DNA of 64,000 bases. Origin: Chiloscyllium plagiosum. Its lineage: Eukaryota. Positions 26,053 through 38,565 of this stretch are shown piece by piece (position 1 is the first letter of the stretch; the number at the start of each line of letters is the position of its first letter). Below the pieces are notes generated by a model that saw only the letters and a program-made list of their open reading frames with translations, ran no database searches and was not told where the DNA came from. A program made the translations under genes and the position numbers. The stretch spans positions 6,362,857 through 6,426,856 of the forward strand of contig NC_057718.1 of assembly GCF_004010195.1 (NCBI RefSeq), given 5' to 3'.

Positions 26053-26964
26053 AAGAAGACAGCAGCTCAATTTGCATTCAATTTAAGCACAGCAAGATTC
26101 ATCAAATTTTGGCACTGGCAATTTCCATATTAATGTTTTGGCTTGTATTGAAGCTCACCTCTCTATGATAGCTCCTCTCGCAAGCAAGTTCTCCTTGAAA
26201 TCTTAAACTTGGAATGAGGGAGAAAACATTTCTCTCAATATCGGTCACAAAGTTCTAAAACTTCCTTCCAGCCATCTTACAGCCAGTGGGAACAGTCAAA
26301 TGGTTTTCAGGCTGCTGTACAAGCTCCTTGCACAGAGTTCACAACAAATTTGTTGAAATGGTCTAGCTTTCCATTGTGCATGTTACATTTGTGCCGAGTG
26401 TTAAAGAAATTATCCAGTTTCTGAAGTTGAAGGAGATTCAGTACTCTGTCTGACAAACTTCTGTCAACATTTTTGCCATTTCCTTTCGCTACCTCTTTTC
26501 TGTCTCAATCTGTAAACAAAAGTAATTTAAATTTGTGTCAATCCAGTTCCCAGTAGATGATCATAAGATTGCATGTTGGATATTTCAGTCAATGCTTTGT
26601 CAATGCATCTGAGCTCATAGATCCGGATGAGGGTTGTTGAAGCTTGTTAATGTTATGGGAGTGGTTAGCTCCATTGGATGGTCTGCAATGCAGAGTGACT
26701 CCACCGCCTTTCGCACAATTCTTGTCCTGGATGACATCATCGTGGCTATCCTGCTGTTTCAACCTTGTCCCTCGTCTGAGGCCTGCTGACCCTCAGTGTC
26801 CCCCACATGAGAGAGGTTGGCTTTACACCGTGGAAAGCTAGAGCTGACAGAACTTCAACTGTACAGACAACAACTAGAAGTTAGGGAGTGTACAGGAATC
26901 CTTACACTCCCAGTGGAGTATCAGACCCAGGGCAATATAGCCTGCCCATTCCTAAGGAGTTGGA

Positions 26965-27490
26965 CTTAGAGTCACCGAGTCATAGAGCTATACAGCGCAG
27001 AAAAAGACCCTTTGGTCCAACTCATCCATGCCAACCACATATCCTAAATTAATCTAGCCCCATTTGTTAGTATTTAGTCCATAACCCCCTAAAACATTCC
27101 TATTCTTGTAATTTTCCAGATGCCTTTTAAATGTTGTAATTGTACCAATCCCCATCAATCTTATAGCTCATTCCATATATGCACTACCCTCTGCTTAAAA
27201 AAAGTTGCCCTTTAGGTCCCTTTTAAATCTTTCCCCTCTCCCCTAAACCTTTAGTTTTGGATTCCCCACCCTGGGGAAAATACTTTGGCAATTCAGCTTA
27301 TCCATGCCTCTTATGATTTTATAAAGCTGGAAAAACAGCCCTAGCCTACTTACCCTCTTTGTACAGCAAAAACTCTCCAACGCCAGCAACATTTTTGTCT
27401 ATCTTTTCTGCACACGTTCAAGTTTCACAGCATCTTTCCTATATCAGGGAGACCAGAACTGAACACAGTATTCCATAAGTGGCCTAACCA
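26965..27490 (-). mobile_element. CR1 3' fragment
   Basis: Reverse tail (gagtcatagag..cctttggtccaac) and ORF2 end. Confidence 0.85.
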
Positions 27491-27639
27491 CAAAATGATA
27501 TCTTCAGCGAGACTGTCATAGCGTTGTGATGAAGCCTACAGCAAACTGCTGCAGGGAACACAGCTTTACTGCGGTTTTGGTTGTTTCCAAGTTGCAAAAA
27601 TTGTTATCAAATAAATTCTGACAATCTACAGCTCACGTT

Positions 27640-28535
27640 AATCACCTTGGGGGGTAAAAATGGAAGGTGATAGATTGGAAGAAGGAGGGAAAGAGCAAAG
27701 AGACCTGGGTGTCCTTGTGCACCAGTCACTGAAGGTGAGCATTGCAGGTGCAGCAGGCAGTGAAGAAGGCAAATGGTGTGTTGGCTTTCATACTGAAAGG
27801 AAACAAGTGCAGGAGTAGGGATGTCTTGCTGCATTTGCACAGGGCCTTGGCGAGACCATACCGGGAGAATTGTGTGCAGTGCTGGTCTCTTTATCTAAAG
27901 AAGGATGCCCTGGATGTGTAGGGGCTGCAATGAAGATTATTCAGACTGAGGAAAGGTCACTAGGGTCGAAACATTAACTCTGTTTTTCTCTTCACAGATA
28001 CAGCTAGACATGCTGTGTTTCTCCAGCACATACTCCAGTTCTTTGTTTTATTAACTCGACTGATTCCTGGGAAGGCCAGACTGACCTACAATGGAAAACT
28101 GGATTGGTTAGGACGACATTCACTGGGATTTAGAAGAATGGGAGCGGGCGGGTGGAATCGCATAGTTCTAACACGACTAGGAGAAAGTGAGGTTTGCAGA
28201 TGCTGGAGATCAGAGTCGAGAGTGTGGCAGATGCTGGAGATCAGAGTCGAGAGTGTGGTGCTGGAAAAGCACAGCAGGTCAGGCAGCATTAGAGGAGCAG
28301 AAGAATCGACGTTTCAGGCCAGAGACCTTCATCAGGAATAAGTAGGATGCTACTGTAGACAGGGCAGTCCAGAACCAAGGGTTACAGTCTAAGAATTCAG
28401 GGTAGGATTCAGATCTGGAGAAATGTCTTCACCCAGGCAGTGGTGAACCTGCAGAATTCTTTGTCACAAAAAGTGGTTGAGATCAAAATACTGAATGTTT
28501 CCAAGAAGGAGTTAGATATAGCTCTTACGGATCAA
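27640..28535 (+). mobile_element. CR1 ORF2 3' part with two PLE-derived inserts (27945-28050, 28180-28340)
   Basis: RDLGVLVHQSLKV..QVQQAVKKANGVLAF; PLE terminus with a 25-bp tandem duplication at 28196-28256. Confidence 0.85.
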
Positions 28536-28544
28536 TGCGTACAG

Positions 28545-28765
28545 GAGAAAGTTGGATACAAAATCAGAAGTTGTTGGAAAAATTCAGCAGGTCTGGCAGC
28601 ACCTGTGTAGAGAAAGCAGAGCAGTATGACTCGATTTTGGGTCCAGTGACCCCTCATCAGAACTGGACTCAAAATGTTAGCTCTGATTTCTCTCCACAGA
28701 TGCTACCGGGCCTGTTGAGTTTTTCCAGCACTTCCTGATTTTGTTTCTGATTTCTAGCTTCCTCG
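28545..28765. mobile_element. Old palindromic Penelope-derived element
   Basis: Arms aaatcagaagttgttggaaaaattcagcaggtctggcagc / gctaccgggcctgttgagtttttccagcacttcctgattt. Confidence 0.7.
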
Positions 28766-29179
28766 TTTCTTTTTTTTTTTGTTATTCACTGGGTTAGATG
28801 ATCAGCTATGAACATGGTTGGGGTGTTTGAAGATTGTGTATCTTACCTCTGTTCCTATTTTCTACATTTCTGTTTGCATGCTTGTATTAAGCAATCTATG
28901 CTATCTATCAATGTCCTTCAACAGTACCTTCCAAACCTGGCCACTTATAAGCACAAGAGCAGAGGATGCATGGCATCACTATCACATTACGATTTCTCTT
29001 TGATGACCACAGTTATTGGACGTCAATCATCTCTGCGCCAGGGTATCACTGCAGTGGTTACTCAGGGCAGTGTCCTCAGCCCCATCATCTTCAATTGTTT
29101 CATCAATTATCTCTCCTCCATTGTCAGGTTAGAAGACAAGTGATGAGGATAACACAAAGAGCCTACAGAGGTTACATGA

Positions 29180-29620
29180 GTCAAAGAGATGTACAGCAGA
29201 GAAACAGACCCTTCAGTACAACCCGTCCTTGCCAACCAGATATCCCAACTCAATCTAGTCCCATTTACCAGCACCCAGCCCATATCCCTCCACACCCTTC
29301 CTATTCATATACTCATCCAAATGCCTCTTCAATGTTCTAATTGTACCAGCCTCCACCACTTCCTCTGGCAGCTCATTCCATACACGTACCACCTTCTGCG
29401 TGAAAAAGTTGCCCCTTAGGTCTCTTTTATATCTTTCCCCTCTCACCCTAAATCTATGCCCTCTAGTTCTGGACTCCCTGACCCCAGGGAAAAGACTTTG
29501 TCTATTTACCCTATCCATGCCCATCATTATTTTGTAATGCCCTCTATAAGGTCACCCCTCAGCCTCTGACGCTCCAGGGAAACAGCCTCAAGTTTCACAA
29601 CATCTTTCCAATAGGAAAAG
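29180..29620 (-). mobile_element. CR1 3' fragment
   Basis: MGMDRVNRQSLFPGVRESRTRGHRFRVRGERYKRDLRGNFFTQKVVRVWNELPEEVV. Confidence 0.92.
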
Positions 29621-29649
29621 GACATGGAAGATATGGAATGTAGGGAAAT

Positions 29650-30610
29650 AGATGGTGTGTGAGTGAGCAAGAACTTTGCGGCTGGAATATAATGTTGGAA
29701 AACATGAGATTAAATCAGGAGCTAAATATTATTTCAATGGGGAGAGACTGCAGAAAGCTAAGGCACAGAGGGATTTGTAGTTCTCTCTGAACAAATCACA
29801 AAATGTTTGTTCAGATATAGTGTTCATTCAGAAAGTAAATGGAATGTTGGCCTTTATTTCAAAGGGAAAGGATTATAACAACAGAAAGGTTTTGGTAAAA
29901 CTATACAAGGCACTAGTAATGAAAGTTGAAACTTTATTGCTGGAACAGCACAGCAGGTCAGGCAGCATCCAGGGGTGAGGACTGCAGATGCTGGAGATCA
30001 AAGTTGAAACTTTATTGCTGGAACAGCACAGCAGGTCAGGCAGCTTTCAGGGATGCCTCACTTTCTCCTCGAAGGCACTAGTAATGCCATACCTAGAATA
30101 CTGCAAATGGTTTTGCTCCCTCTATCTAAGAAAGAATATAATGGCATTGGAGGTACTTCAGAAAAGGTTCACTCGGTTGATCCCAGGCAGCAACAAGTTT
30201 TCTTACGAGGCAGGGTCAATCAGTTGGGTTTGTTTGGAAGTTTTGAAGAATGAGAAATATATAGGATTCTTAAAGGACTCGGCAGGTGAGATGTGGCAAG
30301 ATTCTTCCCTCTTATGAAACAGTCTAGAACCAGAGGGCAAAGTGTCAGGGGAAAGAGCCACCTAGTTAAGGCCGAGCCGGGGAGGGTAGTGAATCTGTGG
30401 AATTCTTTACCACAGAGGACTATTGAGGCTGGGTCATTCAATATAATCAAGGCTGAGAAAGACATTTGTAATCAGAAAAGGAATCAAAGGTTATGTGATA
30501 AAGACTAGGAAGTGGAGTTGAGGATTATCAGATCATCTAGGATCTTGTTAATTGGTGAAGGAGATTTAATGGGTTGAATAATGTACTTTAGCTCTGATGT
30601 CTTATGGTCT
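29650..30610 (+). mobile_element. CR1 3' fragment with scrambled PLE insert (29922-30071)
   Basis: LYKALV|MPYLEYC..QKRFTRLIP; TSD aaggcactagtaatg at 29907-29921 and 30072-30086. Confidence 0.85.
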
Positions 30611-30649
30611 TAATTGGTAATGAACATCTCCAATAATAGAGAACTAAAC

Positions 30650-31580
30650 CATCTCCCTTGATGTTCAGAAATCACCATTGCTCAGTAGCACAACGTCAAC
30701 ATCCGTTGACAACAAACTGAAGTGGACATGACACATGAAAACTGGCTGCAAGAACACTCAGAGGCTTGGAAATCTGCAGCTGGTGACTTGTCTCCTGTTT
30801 CCCTATAGCCTATCCATCATCTACAAGGTACAAGTCAGGAGTGAAATGGAATGCTGTCCATTTGCCTGGATGAGTGCAGTTCCAATAGCACTGAATACTG
30901 AGCTTCACGCCATTCAGGACAAAGCAGGCCACCTAATGACCAAATCAGCAACCACCTTAAAACTTCAGTCCATCTGCCACCCACTTAACATGACAGCAAT
31001 GTATATTATCTACAAGACACCCTACAGAAATTCACCAAATCTTCACTAGCATCTTCCAAGCCCATGATCTTTCCCAAATAGAAGGACAAAGGCAGCAGGC
31101 TCATGGGGGAGCCACTAACTTCCAAGCCATACTATCCCAATTTGGAAATCTGTTACTATTCCATCATAGTAACAAGAACATAGTCAAGGTTAGAGTTATG
31201 CTGGAAAAGCACAGCAGGTCAGGCAGCAACCGAGGAGCAGAAAATCGATGTTTCTGGCAAAATCCCTTTAACAGGAATCCTGATGAAGGGCTTTTGCCTG
31301 AAAAGTCAATTTTCCTGCTCTACCAGTGCTGCCTGACCTACTGTGCTTTTCCAGCATCACTCTAATTTTGACTCTAATCGCCAGCATCTGCAGTACCCAC
31401 TTCTGCCTAGTAACAAGAACAATACCCTCGTACATCCTTCTTAACAGTACTGTGGGTATTCCTATACCCTAAGGAATGCAATGTTTCAAGATGCATCTCA
31501 CCAATCCTCCCTCAAGGGCATATGGGATGGACAATAAATGAATATAACCAGCTACTCTCATACTCTATGAACAATAAAAA
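30650..31580 (+). mobile_element. Zenon-like CR1-group LINE 3' part
   Basis: IYKVQVRSEMECCPFAWMSA..IQDKA; family tail gggatggacaataaatg. Confidence 0.82.
31181..31407. mobile_element. Palindromic Penelope mini-element
   Basis: Inverted arms centred on caggaatcctg; TSD tagtaacaagaaca at 31167-31180 and 31408-31421. Confidence 0.88.
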
Positions 31581-31884
31581 AAACATAATTCAGCCATTTC
31601 CTGATACTGCATTATCTTATAAATTAAGATTGAAATATCTGCAAGGTTCTACACTGGGATTCAAAGGGATCTATGCTAGTGAAAGGCATCAGTGACCTAG
31701 ATCCTTGATCTAGCCAGGAACATGGCAAATCAGCATTTACTGCACAAACTGTAAACCTGATATTGCGTCTACTTTCTCCAAGAAGAGAGGAGTCTCCTAT
31801 TGCACATTCTTATAAGTCAGCACTGTCAGGGAAAACTAAAGACTGAGAGATTAGCAAAGTTCTCTGGTTACTGAAGAAGAATGA

Positions 31885-32128
31885 GGTTTAAGAATGGCTT
31901 CTTCCCTCCTGTAATTAGACTGACGAATAGACTTTCTAACTTTGAATAATGTGGATCTCGTTAATGTTGATCTTGCTTTGCTCACTCCTGGACAGTGTAG
32001 CCTGTATGTCTCCCACTGACTGAGCACCCAGTGATCTGTATGTCCTTGCTTACCATGATCTGCCTGTACTGCTCACAAGCAAAACTTTTCACTGTACTTA
32101 GGTACATGTGACTACAATAAATCAAATG
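31885..32128 (+). mobile_element. Rex1/Babar-like LINE 3' end
   Basis: KNGFFPPVIRL-type terminus; UTR ending ttttcactgtacttaggtacatgtgac..aataaatcaaat. Confidence 0.6.
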
Positions 32129-32204
32129 GAATGGTTAATGGTAAGAAATTAAGGTACAGCAGATGACATGATTTCCTTCAAAGTTCTGAAGCACTCATAC
32201 AGAC

Positions 32205-32552
32205 AGGTAATGGCTTCATGGTATTATTAATGGACTATTAAAACAGAGACCCAGGTAATGTTCTGGGGACCTGGGTTTGAATCCTGCCATGGTAGGTGGT
32301 CAAACTTGAATTCAATTTAAAAAAAAAGAAATCTGGGATTAAGAGTCTCGTGATGACTGTTGTCGATTGATCCCATCTGGCTCACTAATGCCCTTTAGTG
32401 CCAACTCTGCCATCCTTACCGGTCTGACCGAATGTGACTCTAGATCCATAGCAATGCATTTGACTCTTAAATCCCCTCTGAGTAATTAGGGATGTGTAAT
32501 ATATGCTGGCTTCTCCTGTGATGTCCACATCCCTTGAATGTATAATTAAAAA
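32205..32552 (+). mobile_element. tRNA-SINE (Zenon-like tail family)
   Basis: Box B gggtttgaatcc; tail ttagggatg..atgctggc..cacatcccttgaatg. Confidence 0.8.
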
Positions 32553-33603
32553 ACTTCAGGAAACATTAGCTTTGCTTCTCTCTCCACAGATTGTGTCAGA
32601 CCTGTTGAGCTCTCTCTGTTTGTTGTGTCAGTTCGACTGTGCCAGGAAATGGAAGGAACAAGGACAGGCATTAGTCAGACTCAGAATTATGACATGGTGA
32701 TACAATCATTCATCATTAACTCCGCTGCAATTAATCATAAAAATATGGAAAACTGATCCAAATGTAGATGCCGGAATGAGCAGAGAGTTTGCGTAGTAGG
32801 TCAGGGTATGAGCATTGAACTGTCACAAGGTGAAAGCTATGTTTCCTGCCATCAGTTGTTTACTTTCATCGTATGAGAGCAATTGAAATCCTCCAAGCAG
32901 ATTGGATTATTCCCAAAGTTTTCCTCTTCAGAGACTGATCTTCCTTACAGTTTACTTCCTGAGCAGTCTTCACGTGGGGCAATGGTAAATAATGTTTCTT
33001 CTGAGCTAAGAAAGATTTAAGAACAGAAAGTACTGGGAATGTTCAGCAATTCACGTACCACGAAAGGGTTAACATTTATGTCGATGAAAATTGGGGAAAT
33101 CGCAAAATGTATAAAGTTTGAGCAAGTGGAAGTAGGAGGAGCAGAAAGACAAAGCCTCCTTTTAGTTCTCCTCCTTGTTCCCTCTCCTACCCTTCACTCT
33201 TCACCGTTTCAAAACTTATTGCACTTCTAACTTTTCCAAATTCTTTTGAGATAGCAAAGGCTGACGTTTTAACTCTGATTCTTCTCCCCGGGGAGTCTGC
33301 CTTGTCTCTTGGGTGTTTCCAACATTTGCAATTTAATTTCAGATCTCCCACATTATAGCCGGGGTGTGATAGCACTGGAGAGGCCCCAGAAGAAATTTAA
33401 CAGGAAGCTGCCTGAGCTGGAGGGTTTTAGTTATGAAGAGAGTTTGGACAGAGTGGAGTTGTGTTCCTTGGAGCCACAGAGGTTGAGAGGGAATATGACT
33501 GAGATGTGTAAAATTATGAAGGGCACAGACAGAGAGAAGCTTGTCTCCTTGGTGGAGGGAGCATAGATTTAAAATAAGGGGCAGGAAATTCAGAAGGGAT
33601 ACA

Positions 33604-35519
33604 AGAACAAAGAACATTACAGCACAGGAACAGACCTCCAAGCCTGCTCTGATCCAAATCCTCTATCTAAACCTGGTGCAGTTTTTTTCGAAGGATCTGT
33701 ATCCCTCTGCTCCCTGTCCATTCATGTATTGTCTAGATACATCTTAAATGACGCTATCAGGCCCGCCTCTACCACATCCGCTGGTAACATGTTTCAGGTA
33801 CCCATCACCCTATGCATAAAGAACTTCCCATGCATTTCTCCCCTAAACCTTTCCCCTCTCACTTTCAACTCGTGACCCCTAGTAATTCAGTCCCTCGCTC
33901 TGGGAAGAAGCTTCTTTTTTATCCACCCTGTCTATACCTCACATGACTTTGTAGACCGCAGTCAGACACCCCTTCAACCTCTGTCTTTCCAAAGAAAATA
34001 ATCCTTATCTACTCAACCTCTCTTCATAGCTAGCACCCTCCATATCAGGCAACATCCTGGTGAACCTCCTCTGCACCCTGTCCAAAGCATCCACATCCTT
34101 TTGGTAATTCTTTGAAGAAGTAACAATTAGGAAAGAGACTGGATGTGGTCTATCTAGACTTCCAAAAGGCTTTTGATAATGTGCCTCACGGGAGGCTGCT
34201 GAGTAAGGTGAGGCCCACGGTGTACGAGGTGAGCTACTGGCATGGATTGAGGATTGGCTGTCTGACAGGAAGCAGAGAGTTGGGATAAAAGGTTCTTTTT
34301 CGGAATGGCAGCTGATGACAAGTGGTGTCCCACAGGGTTCAGTGTTGGGATCACAGCTGTTCACTTTATATATTAATGATCTGGATGAAGGGACTGAGGG
34401 CATTCTGGCGAAGTTTGCCGATGTTACGAAGTTAGGTGGACAGGCAGGTGGGAAGGCTGCAGAAAGATTTAGACAGTTTAGGAGAGTGGTCCAGGAAATT
34501 GCTGATGAAATTCAATGTGAGCAAATGTGAGGTCTTGGAAAAAAGAAAACATGCATGGACTATTTTATAAACGGCGAGAAAATTCATAAAGCTGAAGTAC
34601 AAAGGGATCTGGGAGTGCTAGTCCAGGATTCTCTAAAGGTTAACTTACAGTTTGAGTCCATGATTAAGAAAATTAATGTAGTGTTTTCATTTATCTCAAG
34701 AGGGTTGGAATATAAAAGCAGGGATGTGCTTCTGAGAATTTTTAAAGCTCTAGTTAGGCCCCATTTAGAATACTGTGTCCAGTTTAGGGCCCCACACCTT
34801 AGGAAGGACATACTGGCACTGGAGCGTGTCCAGCGGAGATTCACACGGATGACCCGTAGGCCTAACATACGATGAATGGCTGGGGATCCTGGGATTGTAT
34901 TCATTAGAGTTTAGAAGGTTGAAGGGAGATCTAATATAAACTTACAAGACAATGCATGGCTTAGAAAGGGTGGACGCTGGGAAGTTGTTTCCATTAGGTG
35001 GGGAGACTAGGACCCGTGGGCCCAGCCTTAGAATTAGCGGGAGTCAATTTAGAATGGAAATGAGGAGACATTCCTTCAGCCAGAGAGTGGTGGGCCTGTG
35101 GAACTCATTGCCACGGAGCACAGTGGAGGCTGGGACATTAAAAGTCTTCAAGGCACTGATTGATAAATTCTTGATCTCGCAAGGAATTAAGGGCTACGGG
35201 GAGAGTGTAGGTAAGTGAAGTTGAAACGCCCATCGGCCATGATTAAACGGCAGAGTGGACTCGATGGGCTGAGTGGCCTTACTTCAACTCCTGCGTCTTA
35301 TTGTCTTGTAGTCTTATGGTAATGTGGCAACCAGAACTGCAGCATTCCAAATGTGGCCAATCCAAAGTCTTATGCAACTGTAACCTGACCTGCCAACTCA
35401 TGTACTCAATACCCAGCCTGATGAAGGAAAGCATGCTGTAATGCCTTGTTGATTACACGATTGACCTGCATCACCACCTTCAGGGAACAATTGACCTGAA
35501 CACCCAGACCCCTTTGCAC
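33604..35519 (-). mobile_element. CR1 fragment (minus), interrupted by a plus-strand CR1
   Basis: YQKDVDALDRVQRRFTRMLPDMEGASYEERL; continues at 35324-35519. Confidence 0.8.
34109..35316 (+). mobile_element. CR1 RT core to 3' UTR
   Basis: TSGVPQGSVLGSQLFTLYINDLD..KFADVTKLGG; KALVRPHLEYCVQF; TSD tggtaat at 34102-34108 and 35317-35323. Confidence 0.93.
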
Positions 35520-35692
35520 AAAAAGGCAAAGCTTTTTCACTCAGAGGGTAGTGTCTGAAAGGGTGGTAGCAGTAGAACCCCTCATAACATTTAAGTAGAG
35601 TGGCACAGTGGCTCAGAGGTTAGCATTGGTGCCAGGGACCCAGGTTCATTTCCACCCTTTTGGGCAACTGTCCGTGTGGACTTTGTATATTC

Positions 35693-36372
35693 TGGATGTA
35701 GGTTTGCTCGCTGAGCTGGAAGGTTCATTTTCAGATGCTTCGTCACCACACTAGGTAACATCTTCAGTGAGACTCCGGAAGAAACATTGATGGTATTTCC
35801 TGCTTTCTATTTACATGTTTGGGTTTCCTTGGGTTGGTGATGTCATTTCCTGTGGTGGCATCATTTCCTATGGTGATGTCATTTCTTGTTCTTTTTCTCA
35901 AGGCTTTGTAAATGGGCTCCAAATCAATGTGTTGTTGATAGAGTTCCGATTGGAATGCCATGCTTCTTGGAATTCTCGTGCATGTCTCTGTTTGGCTTGT
36001 CCTAGGATGCATATATTGTCCCAGTCAAAGGGGTGTCCTTCTTTTTCGGCATGTGAGGATACTAGTGAGAGAGGGTCATGTCATTGTGTGGCTAGTTGAT
36101 GTTCATGTATCCTGATGGCTAGTTTTCTGCCTGTTTGTCCAATGTAGTGGTTGTTACAGTTCTTGCATGGTATTTTGTAAATGACATCAGTTTTGCATGT
36201 TGTCTGTATACGGTTTTTCAAGTTAATAAGCTGCTGTTTTAGTGTTTTAGTGAGTTTGTGGGCTACCATGCTGCCAAGTGGTCTGAGTAGTCTGGCAATC
36301 ATTTCCGCGATGTCTTTGATATAGGAGAGAGTGGCTAGGGTTTCTGGACATGTTTTGCCTGTTTGTTTGTAC
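35693..36372 (-). mobile_element. Penelope-like element (Poseidon/Penelope-type) GIY-YIG 3' fragment
   Basis: TLSYIKDIAEMIARLLRP..DVIYKIPCKNCNNHYIGQTGRKLAIRIHEH; short 18-bp repeats at 35837-35890; hammerhead-like terminus. Confidence 0.9.
35731..35770 (-). ncRNA. Degenerate minimal hammerhead ribozyme motif
   Basis: Minus strand UCA-CUGAAGA-U-GUUACC(UAGUGU)GGUGAC-GAAGC-AUC-UGA; two core positions deviate from GAAAC-GUC. Confidence 0.6.
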
Positions 36373-37344
36373 CTTCTCCCTGTGTCTAAGTGGTTTCCTC
36401 CCACAGTCCACACATGTGCAGGTTAGGTGGATTGGGCCATGCTAACTTCCCTTAGTGTCCAGGGATGTCAGGTTAGGTGGGTTAGCCATGCAAAATGCAG
36501 GGTTACTTTTTGCTGAAGCTCCTCGATGCTGCCTGAATTGCTGTGCTCTTCCAGCACTATTGATCCAGAATCTGGTTTCCAGCATCTGCAGTCATTGTTT
36601 TTACCTAGGGGCGGAGGGTCTGTGTGTGATGCTGTTTGGAGGGTCAGTGTGGACTCAATGGACTGAATGGCCTACTTCAACACTGTAGGTATTTTATGAA
36701 GTATTTTGATGTACACTTGTGCTATTAAGGCATATAAGTCTATTGGCCAAGTGCTGGAAAATGGGATTGGAATAGTTAGATGATAGTATTTGACTGGCAT
36801 TCTCGTACTGGACTGATTGGTCTTTTTCTGTGCTGTAGATCACAATGACACTAACATCTATACTATTTTATTCATGGGAGTCTATCTGTTGCAGTAAACG
36901 TTGCAAAAAAAAACGTAAAAGGTTATGAAATGCCCAAAAAGCATGTTTGCCTTCCCTTGAACTTTCCATTGAATCTTTTAGTTGTACCTAGCCGAAGGTC
37001 TGGGAAATAGACCATTATCTAAATGGGATGGAAGCCAGGTCTTCATGGAGCCTTGCCTAGGATGGAACGTTTGCAAAATGTGGAATCACATTTTAATTAT
37101 TGGGTCAGAAATGGAGTGATTGGTGCAGGGACTCACTGCTTTCTGGGAGAGCAAGTATGGACATTTGTTTGGTGAAAGGAAATGCGGTATCTTAAATGTG
37201 TTCAGACCCAGCAACAAACTCTGCTCCCTGGTCCATCCCTCTCCATAACAATTGGCTGAGGATGAATTAGACTGTTCTCATATTTGATCTTGCTACGCCT
37301 TCATTGAAGCCATTAAAGCTTCTGTCACATCATTCAAAGACCTT

Positions 37345-37695
37345 GAGAAGGCGATATTGTATTGGCAATGTCTCAGTATTTGTAATCCAGAGATCCAGAG
37401 TAATGTTTTGGGAAGAAGTATTCAAATCTCATCATAGTGGTGAGTGGAATTTCAATTTAAAGGATAACATTTTGAATTAAAAACTAACCCTGGTAATGAT
37501 GACCATGAAGCAATCATTGATTGTTGCATGATTCACATCTAGTTCATTATGACGATTAGGGTTAGGAAATCTGCTGTCCTAACTTGGTCTGGCCCACTTG
37601 TTATCAAGTAAAGGATTCAACACCACACTGTACAAGGGCAATTAGGGATGAGCAACAAATGCTGACCTTGCTACTTGCAACTACATTCCCTGAAA
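37345..37695 (+). mobile_element. tRNA-SINE (Zenon-like tail family), old
   Basis: gtaatccagagatccagagtaatg..ggcaattagggatgagcaacaaatgctgacc. Confidence 0.7.
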
Positions 37696-37958
37696 GATTG
37701 GAGTGAGCCTATCCGAGTCTCGGCTTTCTATAGTGATTGTCCCATAAATATTCGTCATGGGTTTATATTTGAAAACTAACAACCGCGTGTATTTATAACA
37801 CAAATAATTTAACATAGTCAAATGGCTAAGATGCTTTGCAGGAGCATTATCGAGCAAGGTTTGATGCTGTAAAACTGTTATTTGAGAAGCTAGATGGTGA
37901 GGCATCTGTAGTCAGTGTCTCAAAGCAGGAGAGCAAGTGGGAGTGTGGAGAGGTTTTT

Positions 37959-38268
37959 TAGATTAGATTAGATTAGATTACAGTGTGGAAACAGGCCCTT
38001 TGGCCCAACAAGTCCACACCGACCCGCCGAAGCGAAACCCACCCATACCCCTACATTTACCCCTTGCCTAACACTACGGGCAATTTAGTATGGCCAATTC
38101 ACCTGACCCTGCACATCTTTGGACTGTGGGAGGAAACCAGAGCACCCGGAGGAAACCCACGCAGACACGGGGAGAACGTGCAAACTCCACACAGTCAGTT
38201 GCCTGAGGCGGGAATTGAACCCGGGTCTCTGGCGTTGTGAGGCAGCAGTGCTAACCACTGTGCCACCG
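37959..38268 (-). mobile_element. HE1-type V-SINE, low divergence
   Basis: (ttaga)n tail; full reverse copy with CpGs retained. Confidence 0.93.
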
Positions 38269-38424
38269 GAGGGAGGTTTAGAGCTTAGAGCCTCGGCAGC
38301 TGGATATGCGACTACCAATAGTGGAGTGATTAAATAGGGGTAGTTTATATTGGAGGAGAGTAAAGATCTCAGAGCCCTATGAATCTAGAGAAAATATGGA
38401 GATTGGGGTAAAGGATTGGGATGG

Positions 38425-38555
38425 ACAAAGTCAGAAGTCTCATGACACCCCAGGTTATGGTCCAACAAGTTTATTTAAAATCACAAGCTTTCAGAACACT
38501 ACTCCTTCAACAGGTGAGCTTCACCTGACTATAACCTGGTGTCGTGAGACTCTGA
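38425..38555. mobile_element. Palindromic element from a third Penelope-like family
   Basis: Arms tcagaagtctcatgacaccccaggttat / ataacctggtgtcgtgagactctga; minus strand ctgttgaaggagtagtgttctgaaagctt resembles a decayed hammerhead. Confidence 0.6.
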
Positions 38556-38565
38556 ACCTGGAGAA

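Larger units (their letters stand above)
35598..36698 (+). mobile_element. HE1-type V-SINE split by two PLE inserts
   Basis: Head 35598-35692, resumes ~36374 (ttctccctgtgtct), tail to ~36698. Confidence 0.8.
33345..36850 (+). mobile_element. Outer CR1 3' fragment split by nested insertions
   Basis: Segments 33345-33603, 35520-35597 and 36700-36850 read as a continuous CR1 end. Confidence 0.7.
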
